Origin: Chitinophaga pinensis
GTDB taxonomy: Bacteria > Pseudomonadota > Gammaproteobacteria > Xanthomonadales > Xanthomonadaceae
Assembly (NCBI GenBank): GCA_943371935.1
Contig: CALRWS020000012.1
Location: 40,464-104,463, forward strand
Length of the DNA stretch: 64,000 bases
Direction: 5' to 3'
Shown: positions 40,043 to 48,015 of the stretch, piece after piece
Layout of the letters: each line of letters begins with the position of its first letter
How positions within the stretch are numbered: the first letter of the stretch is position 1
Made by a program: the position numbers and the translations under genes
The notes under the pieces: model-generated
Told to the model about the DNA's origin: nothing
What the model saw: only the letters and a program-made list of their open reading frames with translations
The model's database searches: none

Positions 40043-40315
40043 TCAGATGTCTTCCTCTTCCTCGAGCTCGCGATCGGAGCCCTTGTCGTCCTTCGACTTG
40101 TCGCGCTTGGCCTTGCGGGCCTCGGCCGCTTCGGCCTGACGACGCTTCTCGGCTTCGGCCTTGGCCTTTTCTGCCTTTGCCTTCTCGGCGTCCTGCGCGG
40201 ACTGCTGGGTCGTGTCCTGCTGCGCGGCGGTCGAGTTCTGCGCGAACACCGCGCTTGCCGCGAGTGCAAGGCCGGCGACGGCGAACACGCCGAGCAGGGA
40301 TCGGGGGCGGAACAT
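40043..40315 (-). CDS. Small secreted charged/low-complexity protein
   Basis: Signal peptide (..AASAVFA|Q), Ala/Lys/Glu-rich helix, acidic tail ELEEEEDI. Confidence 0.65.
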   Translation of the reverse strand: MFRPRSLLGVFAVAGLALAASAVFAQNSTAAQQDTTQQSAQDAEKAKAEKAKAEAEKRRQAEAAEARKAKRDKSKDDKGSDRELEEEEDI

Positions 40316-40551
40316 ACTGGTGGTGTTTGTCTTGCGGATCATGATGTCTGCTGCCCGCGGCGCCACCGGGAGGGGCGGGCTTCGGTACGGACGGCGGCAC
40401 CTTAGCGCCCGGGGACTTACTCCGCCATGAACACCCGCTTCCAACGCGGCAACGCCTGAACGGCTTGACCCTGTCACGCTGGACCGCCAAGCTCGCCGGC
40501 CTCGGCGTCGCCAACCCGGCGCGCGCCCGTCCGGACCCACGCCCAACGCCC

Positions 40552-42459
40552 ATGAGCAGTCGTTACAACGCCGCAGATATCGAAGTCCTCTCCGGCCTGG
40601 ATCCGGTCAAACGCCGGCCGGGCATGTACACCGACACCACCCGCCCGAATCATCTGGCGCAGGAAGTGATCGACAACGCGGTCGACGAAGCGCTCGCCGG
40701 CCACGCGCGCAGCATCGATGTGGTGCTGCACACCGACGGCAGCTGCGAAGTGTCCGACGACGGCCGCGGCATGCCGGTGGACATCCATCCGGAAGAGAAG
40801 ATCCCCGGCGTCGAGCTGATCCTCACCCGCCTGCACGCGGGCGGCAAGTTCAGCAACAAGAACTACACCTTCAGCGGCGGCCTGCACGGCGTCGGCGTGA
40901 GCGTGGTCAACGCGCTGTCGAAACAGGTCGAACTGTTCATCAAGCGCGACGGCAACGAATACCGGATGGCGTTCCGCGACGGCGACCGCGCGTCGGACCT
41001 CGACATCGTGGGCAGCGTCGGCAAGAAGAACACCGGGACGCGGCTGCGGTTCTGGCCAGATCCGAAATATTTCGACACCGCAAAGTTCAATCTGCGTCAT
41101 CTGCGCCACATCCTGCGCGCCAAGGCCGTGCTGTGCCCGGGCCTGACGGTCGCCCTGCTGGACGCCGCGACCGGCGAAAAGGACCAGTGGCATTACGAAG
41201 ACGGGCTTCGGGACTATCTGAAGAGCGAACTCGGCGCGAGCGAATGCCTGCCGCCGGACCTGTTCGTGGGCCAGCTCAAGAAAGATTCCGAGATCGTCGA
41301 CTGGGCCGCCGCCTGGGTGCCGGACGGCGATCTGGTGCAGGAAAGCTACGTCAACCTGATTCCCACCGCGCAGCACGGCACCCACGTCAACGGCCTGCGT
41401 ACCGGCTTCACCGATGCGTTGCGGGAATTCTGCGATTTCCGCAACCTGCTGCCGCGCGGCGTGAAACTTGCGCCGGAAGACGTGTGGGATCGCGTCGCCT
41501 TCGTGCTGAGCGTGAAGATGACCGACCCGCAGTTCAGCGGCCAGACCAAGGAGCGGCTGTCGTCGCGGCAGGCCGCCGCGTTCGTCGAAGGCGCCGCGCA
41601 CGATGCGTTCTCGCTGTGGCTCAACCAGCACACCGAACTGGGCGAGCGCATCGCGCAGCTCGCCATCGAACGCGCCGCCGCGCGCCTGAAGACCGAAAAG
41701 CAGATCGTCCGCAAGAAAGTCACGCAAGGACCGGCACTACCCGGCAAGCTCGCCGATTGCATCAGCCAGGACCTCTCGCGCACAGAACTATTTCTGGTTG
41801 AAGGCGACTCCGCCGGCGGCTCGGCGAAACAGGCGCGCGACAAGGATTTCCAGGCGATCCTTCCGCTGCGCGGCAAGATCCTGAATACGTGGGAAGTCGC
41901 GTCCGGCAGTGTGCTGGCATCGCAGGAAGTCCACGACCTCGCGGTGGCGATCGGCTGCGATCCGGGCAAGGACGACATCAGCGGTCTGCGCTACGGCAAG
42001 GTGGTGATCCTCGCCGACGCCGACTCCGACGGCCTGCACATCGCGACACTGCTGTCCGCACTGTTCCTGAAACATTTCCCGGCGCTGGTGATCGCCGGCA
42101 ACATCTTCGTGGCGATGCCGCCGCTGTTCCGCGTCGACGTGGGCAAACAGGTGTTCTACGCGCTGGACGAGGAAGAAAAGCGCCTGTTGCTGGAGAAGAT
42201 CGAGCGCGAGAAGGCCGCGAATACCAAGGGCTTCGGCGGCGCGATCAACGTCACCCGCTTCAAGGGCCTGGGCGAGATGAATCCACAGCAGCTGCGCGAA
42301 TCGGCGATCCACCCCGACACCCGGAGGCTGGTGCAACTGACCGTCGACGGCGGTACCGAAACGCATGCGCTGATGGATATGCTGCTGGCGAAGAAGCGGG
42401 CGAGCGATCGGAAGACCTGGTTGGAAACGAAAGGCGATCTGGCGACGCTGGAAGTCTGA
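40552..42459 (+). CDS. parE: DNA topoisomerase IV subunit B
   Basis: YNAADIEVLSGLDPVKRRPGMY, GGLHGVG, VEGDSAGG, PLRGKILN, DADSDG, RFKGLGEM; length fits ParE rather than GyrB. Confidence 0.95.
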   Translation: MSSRYNAADIEVLSGLDPVKRRPGMYTDTTRPNHLAQEVIDNAVDEALAGHARSIDVVLHTDGSCEVSDDGRGMPVDIHPEEKIPGVELILTRLHAGGKFSNKNYTFSGGLHGVGVSVVNALSKQVELFIKRDGNEYRMAFRDGDRASDLDIVGSVGKKNTGTRLRFWPDPKYFDTAKFNLRHLRHILRAKAVLCPGLTVALLDAATGEKDQWHYEDGLRDYLKSELGASECLPPDLFVGQLKKDSEIVDWAAAWVPDGDLVQESYVNLIPTAQHGTHVNGLRTGFTDALREFCDFRNLLPRGVKLAPEDVWDRVAFVLSVKMTDPQFSGQTKERLSSRQAAAFVEGAAHDAFSLWLNQHTELGERIAQLAIERAAARLKTEKQIVRKKVTQGPALPGKLADCISQDLSRTELFLVEGDSAGGSAKQARDKDFQAILPLRGKILNTWEVASGSVLASQEVHDLAVAIGCDPGKDDISGLRYGKVVILADADSDGLHIATLLSALFLKHFPALVIAGNIFVAMPPLFRVDVGKQVFYALDEEEKRLLLEKIEREKAANTKGFGGAINVTRFKGLGEMNPQQLRESAIHPDTRRLVQLTVDGGTETHALMDMLLAKKRASDRKTWLETKGDLATLEV

Positions 42460-42538
42460 CGTGGCCGTTTCATTGTCATCAGCCGTTGCGACGGCATCCA
42501 TGTCGATGCGACTGCATCGCATGCGTGGCGCGGCCTGA

Positions 42539-43078
42539 GTGGCCATCCAGATCGCGCTCTTCCGCGGCATCAACGTCGGCAAGGCCAAGCGCATCGCCAT
42601 GGCCGACCTGCGCACGATGTTCGAAGCACTGGGTTTCACCAACGTACGCACGCTGCTCAACAGCGGCAACGTGGTGTTCGATGCCGGGCGCAGTTCGGCC
42701 GCGTCCAATGCGAAAAAGATCGGCGATGCGCTGGTCGAAGCCACCGGCGTGTCCGCCAACACCCTCGTCCTCACGGCCGCGGAACTCGACGCCGCCGCGG
42801 CCGGCAATCCGTTTCTGGATCGCATGGACGACCCGTCGCGGATGCTGGTCGGCTTCATCACTGCCGGCGCCGATCGCGCGCCGCTGCAGGCACTGGTCGA
42901 CGCGGCCGCTGCGGAGGAACACGTCGTACTGGGCGCGGATGCGCTTTATCTCTGGTGCCCGGACGGCATCCTGGACAGCGCGTTCGGCGCGAAACTCGTC
43001 GGCCCGAAATTCCGCGATCTCATCACCAGCCGCAACTGGTCCACCGTATGCAAACTGCAAGGACTCGCGACAGCATGA
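42539..43078 (+). CDS. DUF1697 family protein
   Basis: ALFRGINVG...MADLR...GFTNVRTLLNSGNVVF...TSRNWSTV. Confidence 0.9.
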   Translation: MAIQIALFRGINVGKAKRIAMADLRTMFEALGFTNVRTLLNSGNVVFDAGRSSAASNAKKIGDALVEATGVSANTLVLTAAELDAAAAGNPFLDRMDDPSRMLVGFITAGADRAPLQALVDAAAAEEHVVLGADALYLWCPDGILDSAFGAKLVGPKFRDLITSRNWSTVCKLQGLATA

Positions 43079-43539
43079 CGAACGATCGCGACACGCCGCT
43101 CACCGCTGCCGAGGGACATGCCGAATCCGCCCTTCATTACGCGGCGTGGTCTGGCGACCTCGCCGAGGTGAGGCAGCTGATCGAAGCGGGGACCGACCCG
43201 AACCTGCTGGATTCCACCGACGAAACCGCGCTGTTCGGCGCGGTGGCTGGTGCGAGGATCGAAGTCGTCACGTATCTGCTCGCTGTCGGCGCCCGGCATG
43301 ATCTGTACGAAAGCACGGCCGGGTTTACACCACTGCACTGGGCCGCCAGCCACGGTGGCGTGGAAACGATGCGCTTGCTGATCGAAGCCGGCGCGGATCC
43401 CACCGCCGAAGACCATAGCGGCCGGTTGCCCGTCGATCTGGCGCACCAATATGGCAAGGGCGAGCACGTCGCCTATCTGAAGACCGTGGGGCCACCGATC
43501 GCGTCTAAGCGCTCCATTCCGAAACACGAACCCCGCTGA
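43075..43539 (+). CDS. Ankyrin-repeat protein
   Basis: SALHYAA..GD, TALFGAV, TPLHWAA..G, LPVDLA; ATGA overlap with DUF1697. Confidence 0.88.
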   Translation: MTNDRDTPLTAAEGHAESALHYAAWSGDLAEVRQLIEAGTDPNLLDSTDETALFGAVAGARIEVVTYLLAVGARHDLYESTAGFTPLHWAASHGGVETMRLLIEAGADPTAEDHSGRLPVDLAHQYGKGEHVAYLKTVGPPIASKRSIPKHEPR

Positions 43540-43579
43540 GCGCGGCCGCCTATAGTCGCCGTGATGAAGCTTGTTTTTT

Positions 43580-43700
43580 GTAGAGCGGCCTTCAGGCCGC
43601 TGCTCCCATGTGACGCCATTTCGTTTTCGTCGGCCGTGGGCACGGCCCTGACGTCGTCGCCGGGCGGGCTCTGCCTGGGCCGGCCTGAAGGCCGCTCTAC
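43580..43700. repeat. GTAG-family REP doublet (variant)
   Basis: GTAGAGCGGCCTTCAGGCCG ... CGGCCTGAAGGCCGCTCTAC, between convergent genes. Confidence 0.85.
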
Positions 43701-43730
43701 GGGTTCAATGGGAAGAGGTCGAACCGGCTA

Positions 43731-44153
43731 TCAGAACGGCTTCGCAAGCACCAGATAGACGATCGCGACCAGCACGAACACGGGAAGCTCGTTGATCCAG
43801 CGCATCGCCTTCGCGGACGGCAGCGCGCGGCCCTTGTCGACGCCCTTCAGCCAGCGGCCGCAGACGATGAAGTACGCCAGCAACAGCGCCACCAGCGTCA
43901 GCTTGGCATGCATCCAGCCGCCGCCGATATCGAAGTGCAGCCACAGCGCCAGACCGAAGACCAGCGCGATGCCGAACATGATGTGGCCGAAGCGATACAG
44001 CCTGCGCCCCATCAATACCAGCCGCTCGCGCACCGCCGGCGCATCGCCGACCTCGGCGATGTTGACCAGGATCCGCGGCAGATAGAACACGGACGCCATC
44101 CAGGCGATCACGAAAACGAGATGCGCGGTCTTGGTCCACAGGTATGCGGTCAT
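43731..44153 (-). CDS. HemJ/CopD-like (UPF0093) membrane protein, probable protoporphyrinogen IX oxidase
   Basis: YLWTKTAHLVFVIAWMASVFYLPR, GGWMHAKLTLV, RWINELP...LVLAKPF. Confidence 0.85.
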   Translation of the reverse strand: MTAYLWTKTAHLVFVIAWMASVFYLPRILVNIAEVGDAPAVRERLVLMGRRLYRFGHIMFGIALVFGLALWLHFDIGGGWMHAKLTLVALLLAYFIVCGRWLKGVDKGRALPSAKAMRWINELPVFVLVAIVYLVLAKPF

Positions 44154-44362
44154 CGGTGCTTCGGCATGCGGGGGGCGGATATCACGATAGCAGAACGCAT
44201 CCGCTGGCTCCGAAACCAGCCCGTCGGCGGCGGCATCGCCCATCGACTGTCGCTCGGTGTCACTCCGGCATGCGAATCGTTCTTGACAACGTCGATTAAG
44301 GAGGAAAATTGACTCCCAGCGTCCAGAAAATGCAACGGGCATCGCCTCCATGGAATCGCTGA

Positions 44363-44378
44363 TGTGACAAGAGTCGCA
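44363..44378. promoter_or_regulatory. CRP/Clp-like palindrome
   Basis: TGTGA-caagag-TCGCA, one mismatch to TGTGA-N6-TCACA. Confidence 0.45.
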
Positions 44379-44419
44379 TTTTATTCGCTTTCCGGTGCCA
44401 GAGGGGTGGGCCGGCATAC

Positions 44420-44436
44420 TTGGCATAGAAAATGCT
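44420..44436 (+). promoter_or_regulatory. Sigma-54 (-24/-12) promoter
   Basis: TTGGCATAGAAAATGCT: GG (44422-23) and GC (44434-35) exactly 10 nt apart, close to TGGCACG-N4-TTGCW. Confidence 0.65.
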
Positions 44437-44447
44437 TTAGACCCTGC

Positions 44448-44918
44448 ATGTCCAGCACAACACTCCAGAAGCAGACGACCGTGACATCGATGATCGATTC
44501 GAAGGCCGCGCGCAAGACAACGAGTACGCACGCAAGAGTGGAGTGTCAGTCCGTGATTGCATCCCTCGTCGAAAAAGCGCCCGCCCTCCGGTTCGCATCG
44601 GTGGCACTGGTCGATGGACGCAGCTTCGCGCACGCGAACAGCGCATCCCACGACGCCGATCCGCAGCGCTCGGCCGCGCTGATGAGTTCGCTCCTGGGCC
44701 TGGTCGAATCCTTCAGTCGCGAAGCGCTCGGCAGCAAGGCGCTCTACAACAGCACTTCGACCGAACACGGCTCGATCGTGATGGTCAGGGTACCGACCCG
44801 CGCGCAGATGCATACGCTGTGCATCTGCGCCGATGCGAGCGACAACCTCGCGATGACGATCCGCACGGCGCTCGACACCGCCGCTCAGTTGGCGCTGTTG
44901 ATCGACGCCGACTACTGA
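44448..44918 (+). CDS. Roadblock/LC7 (MglB-like) protein
   Basis: LRFASVALVDGRSFA...RSAALMSSLLGLVESFSRE...STEHGSIVMV; start either 44448 or 44490. Confidence 0.8.
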   Translation: MSSTTLQKQTTVTSMIDSKAARKTTSTHARVECQSVIASLVEKAPALRFASVALVDGRSFAHANSASHDADPQRSAALMSSLLGLVESFSREALGSKALYNSTSTEHGSIVMVRVPTRAQMHTLCICADASDNLAMTIRTALDTAAQLALLIDADY

Positions 44919-45047
44919 ATTCCGGTCTCCGCCGACACGGCGACCAGACTGGTTTATGTCCCAGGCATCGAGGTCTTTCCACTTCGATCGCTGGAAGTAC
45001 CACCGCAACTCCCTCCGCAACGTCCAACCTCCAAAGGATCCATTCCC

Positions 45048-45404
45048 ATGGCAAAAATTTCGCTTGAACCCCTGCGCGCTCTCGATGGTTACGTCGCCTC
45101 CGCCCTCGTCGATACCGAAAGCGGCATGCTGCTCGCGGGCGACGGCTCGGGCGTGGACCTCGAAGTCGCCGCCGCAGGCAACGCCGAAGTCGTGCGCTCC
45201 AAGCGCAAGGTCGCCAACAGCCTCAAGCTCAACGACACGATCGAAGACATCCTGATCAGCCTGACCAAGCAGTACCACATCATCCGTCCGCTGGAATCGA
45301 ACCAGAAGCTGTTCCTGTACATCGTGCTGGATCGCTCCAAGTCGAACCTGGCGATGGCCCGTCACGAACTGCGCACGTTCGAGAAAGGCATCGACTTCTC
45401 CTGA
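45048..45404 (+). CDS. Second, divergent Roadblock/LC7-type protein
   Basis: [18 protein letters not shown]...[10 protein letters not shown]...[17 protein letters not shown]...[15 protein letters not shown]; AAGGA SD. Confidence 0.75.
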   Translation: MAKISLEPLRALDGYVASALVDTESGMLLAGDGSGVDLEVAAAGNAEVVRSKRKVANSLKLNDTIEDILISLTKQYHIIRPLESNQKLFLYIVLDRSKSNLAMARHELRTFEKGIDFS

Positions 45405-45409
45405 TCCTC

Positions 45410-46459
45410 ATGCAACCGGTTCGTGTGAACAACCCCGGCGGGTTCGATCGAATCCGCCGGGACGTCAAGAGCCGGCCGCAAGGCCGGCTTTCCCCCGTAC
45501 CCACCATCGCAACGGTCATGATCCGAGCCGACATCGCCACCGCAGCACTGAACGAACAAGTGGAACAGCGCATCCGCATCGCGGCATCGTTGTTGCCCGC
45601 TTACAGGATCGGCGCCAAGGTCCGTCCGTGGGACGGTACGCGTTGCGGTCTACTCATCACCGATGTGTCCGACGCCTACGGCCGTCAGGCCTTCGAACTC
45701 GCGAAGAAGCGCGGCACGCCCATCCTCGCGATATCCGACAAACCGGTGGACATCGAAACCGAATGCGTCATCGTGTCGGAAAACAGTCCGGCGCCGGTGC
45801 TCGCCCAACATCTGCGCGAATTGCTCACGCGCGACCTGCCCGCCGAGAGCGCGACTGTCGCCGACGTCAACGACCACTTCCCCGCGCTGTGCAGAGTCGC
45901 CGCTCCCCAATATCGAGGCCGGCCCGTCGATGCGACCTGCAACGGCAGAACCATCCACATCCGCCCCGTCGAAGGTCGCGTCTACGCGAACACGCTCAGC
46001 GACCTGCTGTCGGCATGCGACTCGTTCTCCAGCAGCGCCTGGGAACTGCAGATCGCATCCGCATCGGATCGCGCCACGCCCACCGACGGCGCAAGCCGCA
46101 GTCTTGAAGCCTTCCTGCTGCAGACCGCTTTCCACGGTCGCGATCAGCTTCCCTCTTTTCCCGCAGGCCGTTACCAACTGAACGACTGGCCCGACGTCGG
46201 CACCGCGCCGGAATTGATCGGTGCGCTCAAGGTCGCCAGATCCCTGCTGCGCGCTCCCGCGAGCGAGCGCGAACTGCGGCTCGCCTGCGACGTGAGCGAA
46301 GAAGAAGTCAAAGCCAGCCTGTGGGCCTATCAGGCATCGAATCTGCTTTTTTCCTCGGACAACAGCGCCGACGCGATACGATCGGCGCCTGCGCCGACCG
46401 CGCTTTTTTCCGGAATGCTCGCACGTATCGCCAACCGGTTCGGACTGGTCAAGCACTGA
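45410..46459 (+). CDS. Hypothetical protein: degenerate receiver-like N-terminus, PATAN/DUF4388-like middle, wHTH, amphipathic C-terminal helix
   Basis: LLITD / PILAIS beta-alpha pattern; SLEAFLLQTA..YQLNDWPD; helical ELRLACDVSEEEVKASL; tail FSGMLARIANRFGL; start may be 45518. Confidence 0.6.
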   Translation: MQPVRVNNPGGFDRIRRDVKSRPQGRLSPVPTIATVMIRADIATAALNEQVEQRIRIAASLLPAYRIGAKVRPWDGTRCGLLITDVSDAYGRQAFELAKKRGTPILAISDKPVDIETECVIVSENSPAPVLAQHLRELLTRDLPAESATVADVNDHFPALCRVAAPQYRGRPVDATCNGRTIHIRPVEGRVYANTLSDLLSACDSFSSSAWELQIASASDRATPTDGASRSLEAFLLQTAFHGRDQLPSFPAGRYQLNDWPDVGTAPELIGALKVARSLLRAPASERELRLACDVSEEEVKASLWAYQASNLLFSSDNSADAIRSAPAPTALFSGMLARIANRFGLVKH

Positions 46460-46520
46460 CCCGCGCCATCCATATCGCAACCGGTCGGCACGAAAGTCCG
46501 GCCTTCATCGCAGAAAAGAA

Positions 46521-47060
46521 ATGGAACCTCACGTGGCATTCGACAGCGCAAAACTCGTATTCGCAGGTCCGGTCGGCGCGGGGAAGACAACCGCGATCCG
46601 ATCACTGTCCGACTTCGCCCCGATTTCCACCGAAATGCCCATGACCGACGGTCCGATGGGCGACAAGACCACGACCACCGTCGCGCTCGATTTCGCGCCG
46701 ATGCTGCTCGACGACGGCACGCCACTGCATCTTTACGGTCTGCCGGGCCAAGAACATTTTTCGCACATGCGCGCGATCGTGCTGGAAGGCGCGGTCGGCG
46801 TGATCGTGGTGTTGCCCGGAGACAGCGATCGCATCTCGGAAGAATGCGAAGAGTGGATCAACTCGATCCGCAGCATTACCCAGGATGCGGGGCTGGTGAT
46901 CGGTATCACCAGGACCGATCTGTCGCGCGGTTTCCGGATGGACAATATCCGTCACGCGGTCCGTCGCTGCGGGCCGCCGATTCCGGTCTTCACCTTCGAC
47001 GCGCGTGATCGCGAGCAGACGACGCATCTGGTGCGCGCGCTGCTGCTGACGCTCGATTGA
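46521..47060 (+). CDS. Small MglA-type (Ras-like) GTPase
   Basis: G1 GPVGAGKTT, G2 KTTTTVALDF, G3 variant LYGLPGQEHF, G4 variant TRTD. Confidence 0.88.
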   Translation: MEPHVAFDSAKLVFAGPVGAGKTTAIRSLSDFAPISTEMPMTDGPMGDKTTTTVALDFAPMLLDDGTPLHLYGLPGQEHFSHMRAIVLEGAVGVIVVLPGDSDRISEECEEWINSIRSITQDAGLVIGITRTDLSRGFRMDNIRHAVRRCGPPIPVFTFDARDREQTTHLVRALLLTLD

Positions 47061-47067
47061 CGGGCAG

Positions 47068-48015
47068 ATGAGCGTGCAGAGCCACGAAGTCGTCGTTGCA
47101 TTCCAAGAGGCCGATCTCGGCCTGCACAAGACCTTGTGCGAGATGCTCGATGAGCATCCCACGCACCGTACCGAACGTCGCGGCTGCGGCTACACGCAGG
47201 CGACCCGTTTCCTGTCGACCTACATCAACCGGCCGCGCGCCGCGGATGAAGCCTCCGATCTGGGGATTTTCGCCGACTGGCCGAAGCATCAGACCGAATC
47301 CCTCGCGCGCCAGGCGATCGCCGCGGGATGGCCGCAGGGGTGGCGTGGATTGCATCGGGCGGAGCCGGATGCGTTTCAGCGCCTCGCACCATCCGCATTG
47401 GCCGCAACCCTGGCGTCGCTGCCGACGCGGCTCGCCACAATCGAAACCCGATTGCAGCGCGAGGAAAGCCTGCTGCTGCTGCGCTTGATCCGCGGCATCA
47501 TCGAACCCGATGTTCCAGATGAGTACGGCAGGCCGAGCATCCCCGCGATGCCGGAAAAGCCCGAAATCGGCAGTTGTTCGCAGGCCGAGGAATTCTTTCT
47601 CGAAATCGCCCACGGCCGCATCCGTCGCGGCGGACGCGTCAATCTGTTCGTCGACAACGACGACCGGCCGCTGCTGGTGGAAAAGATCGGCCTGGGCGAA
47701 TCGCATTCGGCGATGGCAGTGGCGCCGGTCTCGATCTGCGGCGTCGCCCTGCCTCCCGGGGCGCTGTTCGCGCTGGCGTATCCGGACGATGCAACGCCAT
47801 TGCGCACGCTCGCCTGCGGACATGCCATGGGCGTGGATACGATCGTACAGGCGCGCTTCCTGCGACTGACATCGCTCGCGGTGTCGCCCCAGGTTCGGCA
47901 ACGCGCGTTCAGCGCGCAGCTCGATGCGCAGATCCGCGGCGATATGTTGTCGCCGCGGACAACGACGATCGAAGATCTGCAGACATTCGCTTCCGCCCAA
48001 CTGCGCGGCGGATGA
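47068..48015 (+). CDS. Hypothetical protein (family not recognised)
   Basis: 315-aa ORF tightly packed: 7 nt after the GTPase stop, ATGA overlap with the deacetylase. Confidence 0.75.
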   Translation: MSVQSHEVVVAFQEADLGLHKTLCEMLDEHPTHRTERRGCGYTQATRFLSTYINRPRAADEASDLGIFADWPKHQTESLARQAIAAGWPQGWRGLHRAEPDAFQRLAPSALAATLASLPTRLATIETRLQREESLLLLRLIRGIIEPDVPDEYGRPSIPAMPEKPEIGSCSQAEEFFLEIAHGRIRRGGRVNLFVDNDDRPLLVEKIGLGESHSAMAVAPVSICGVALPPGALFALAYPDDATPLRTLACGHAMGVDTIVQARFLRLTSLAVSPQVRQRAFSAQLDAQIRGDMLSPRTTTIEDLQTFASAQLRGG

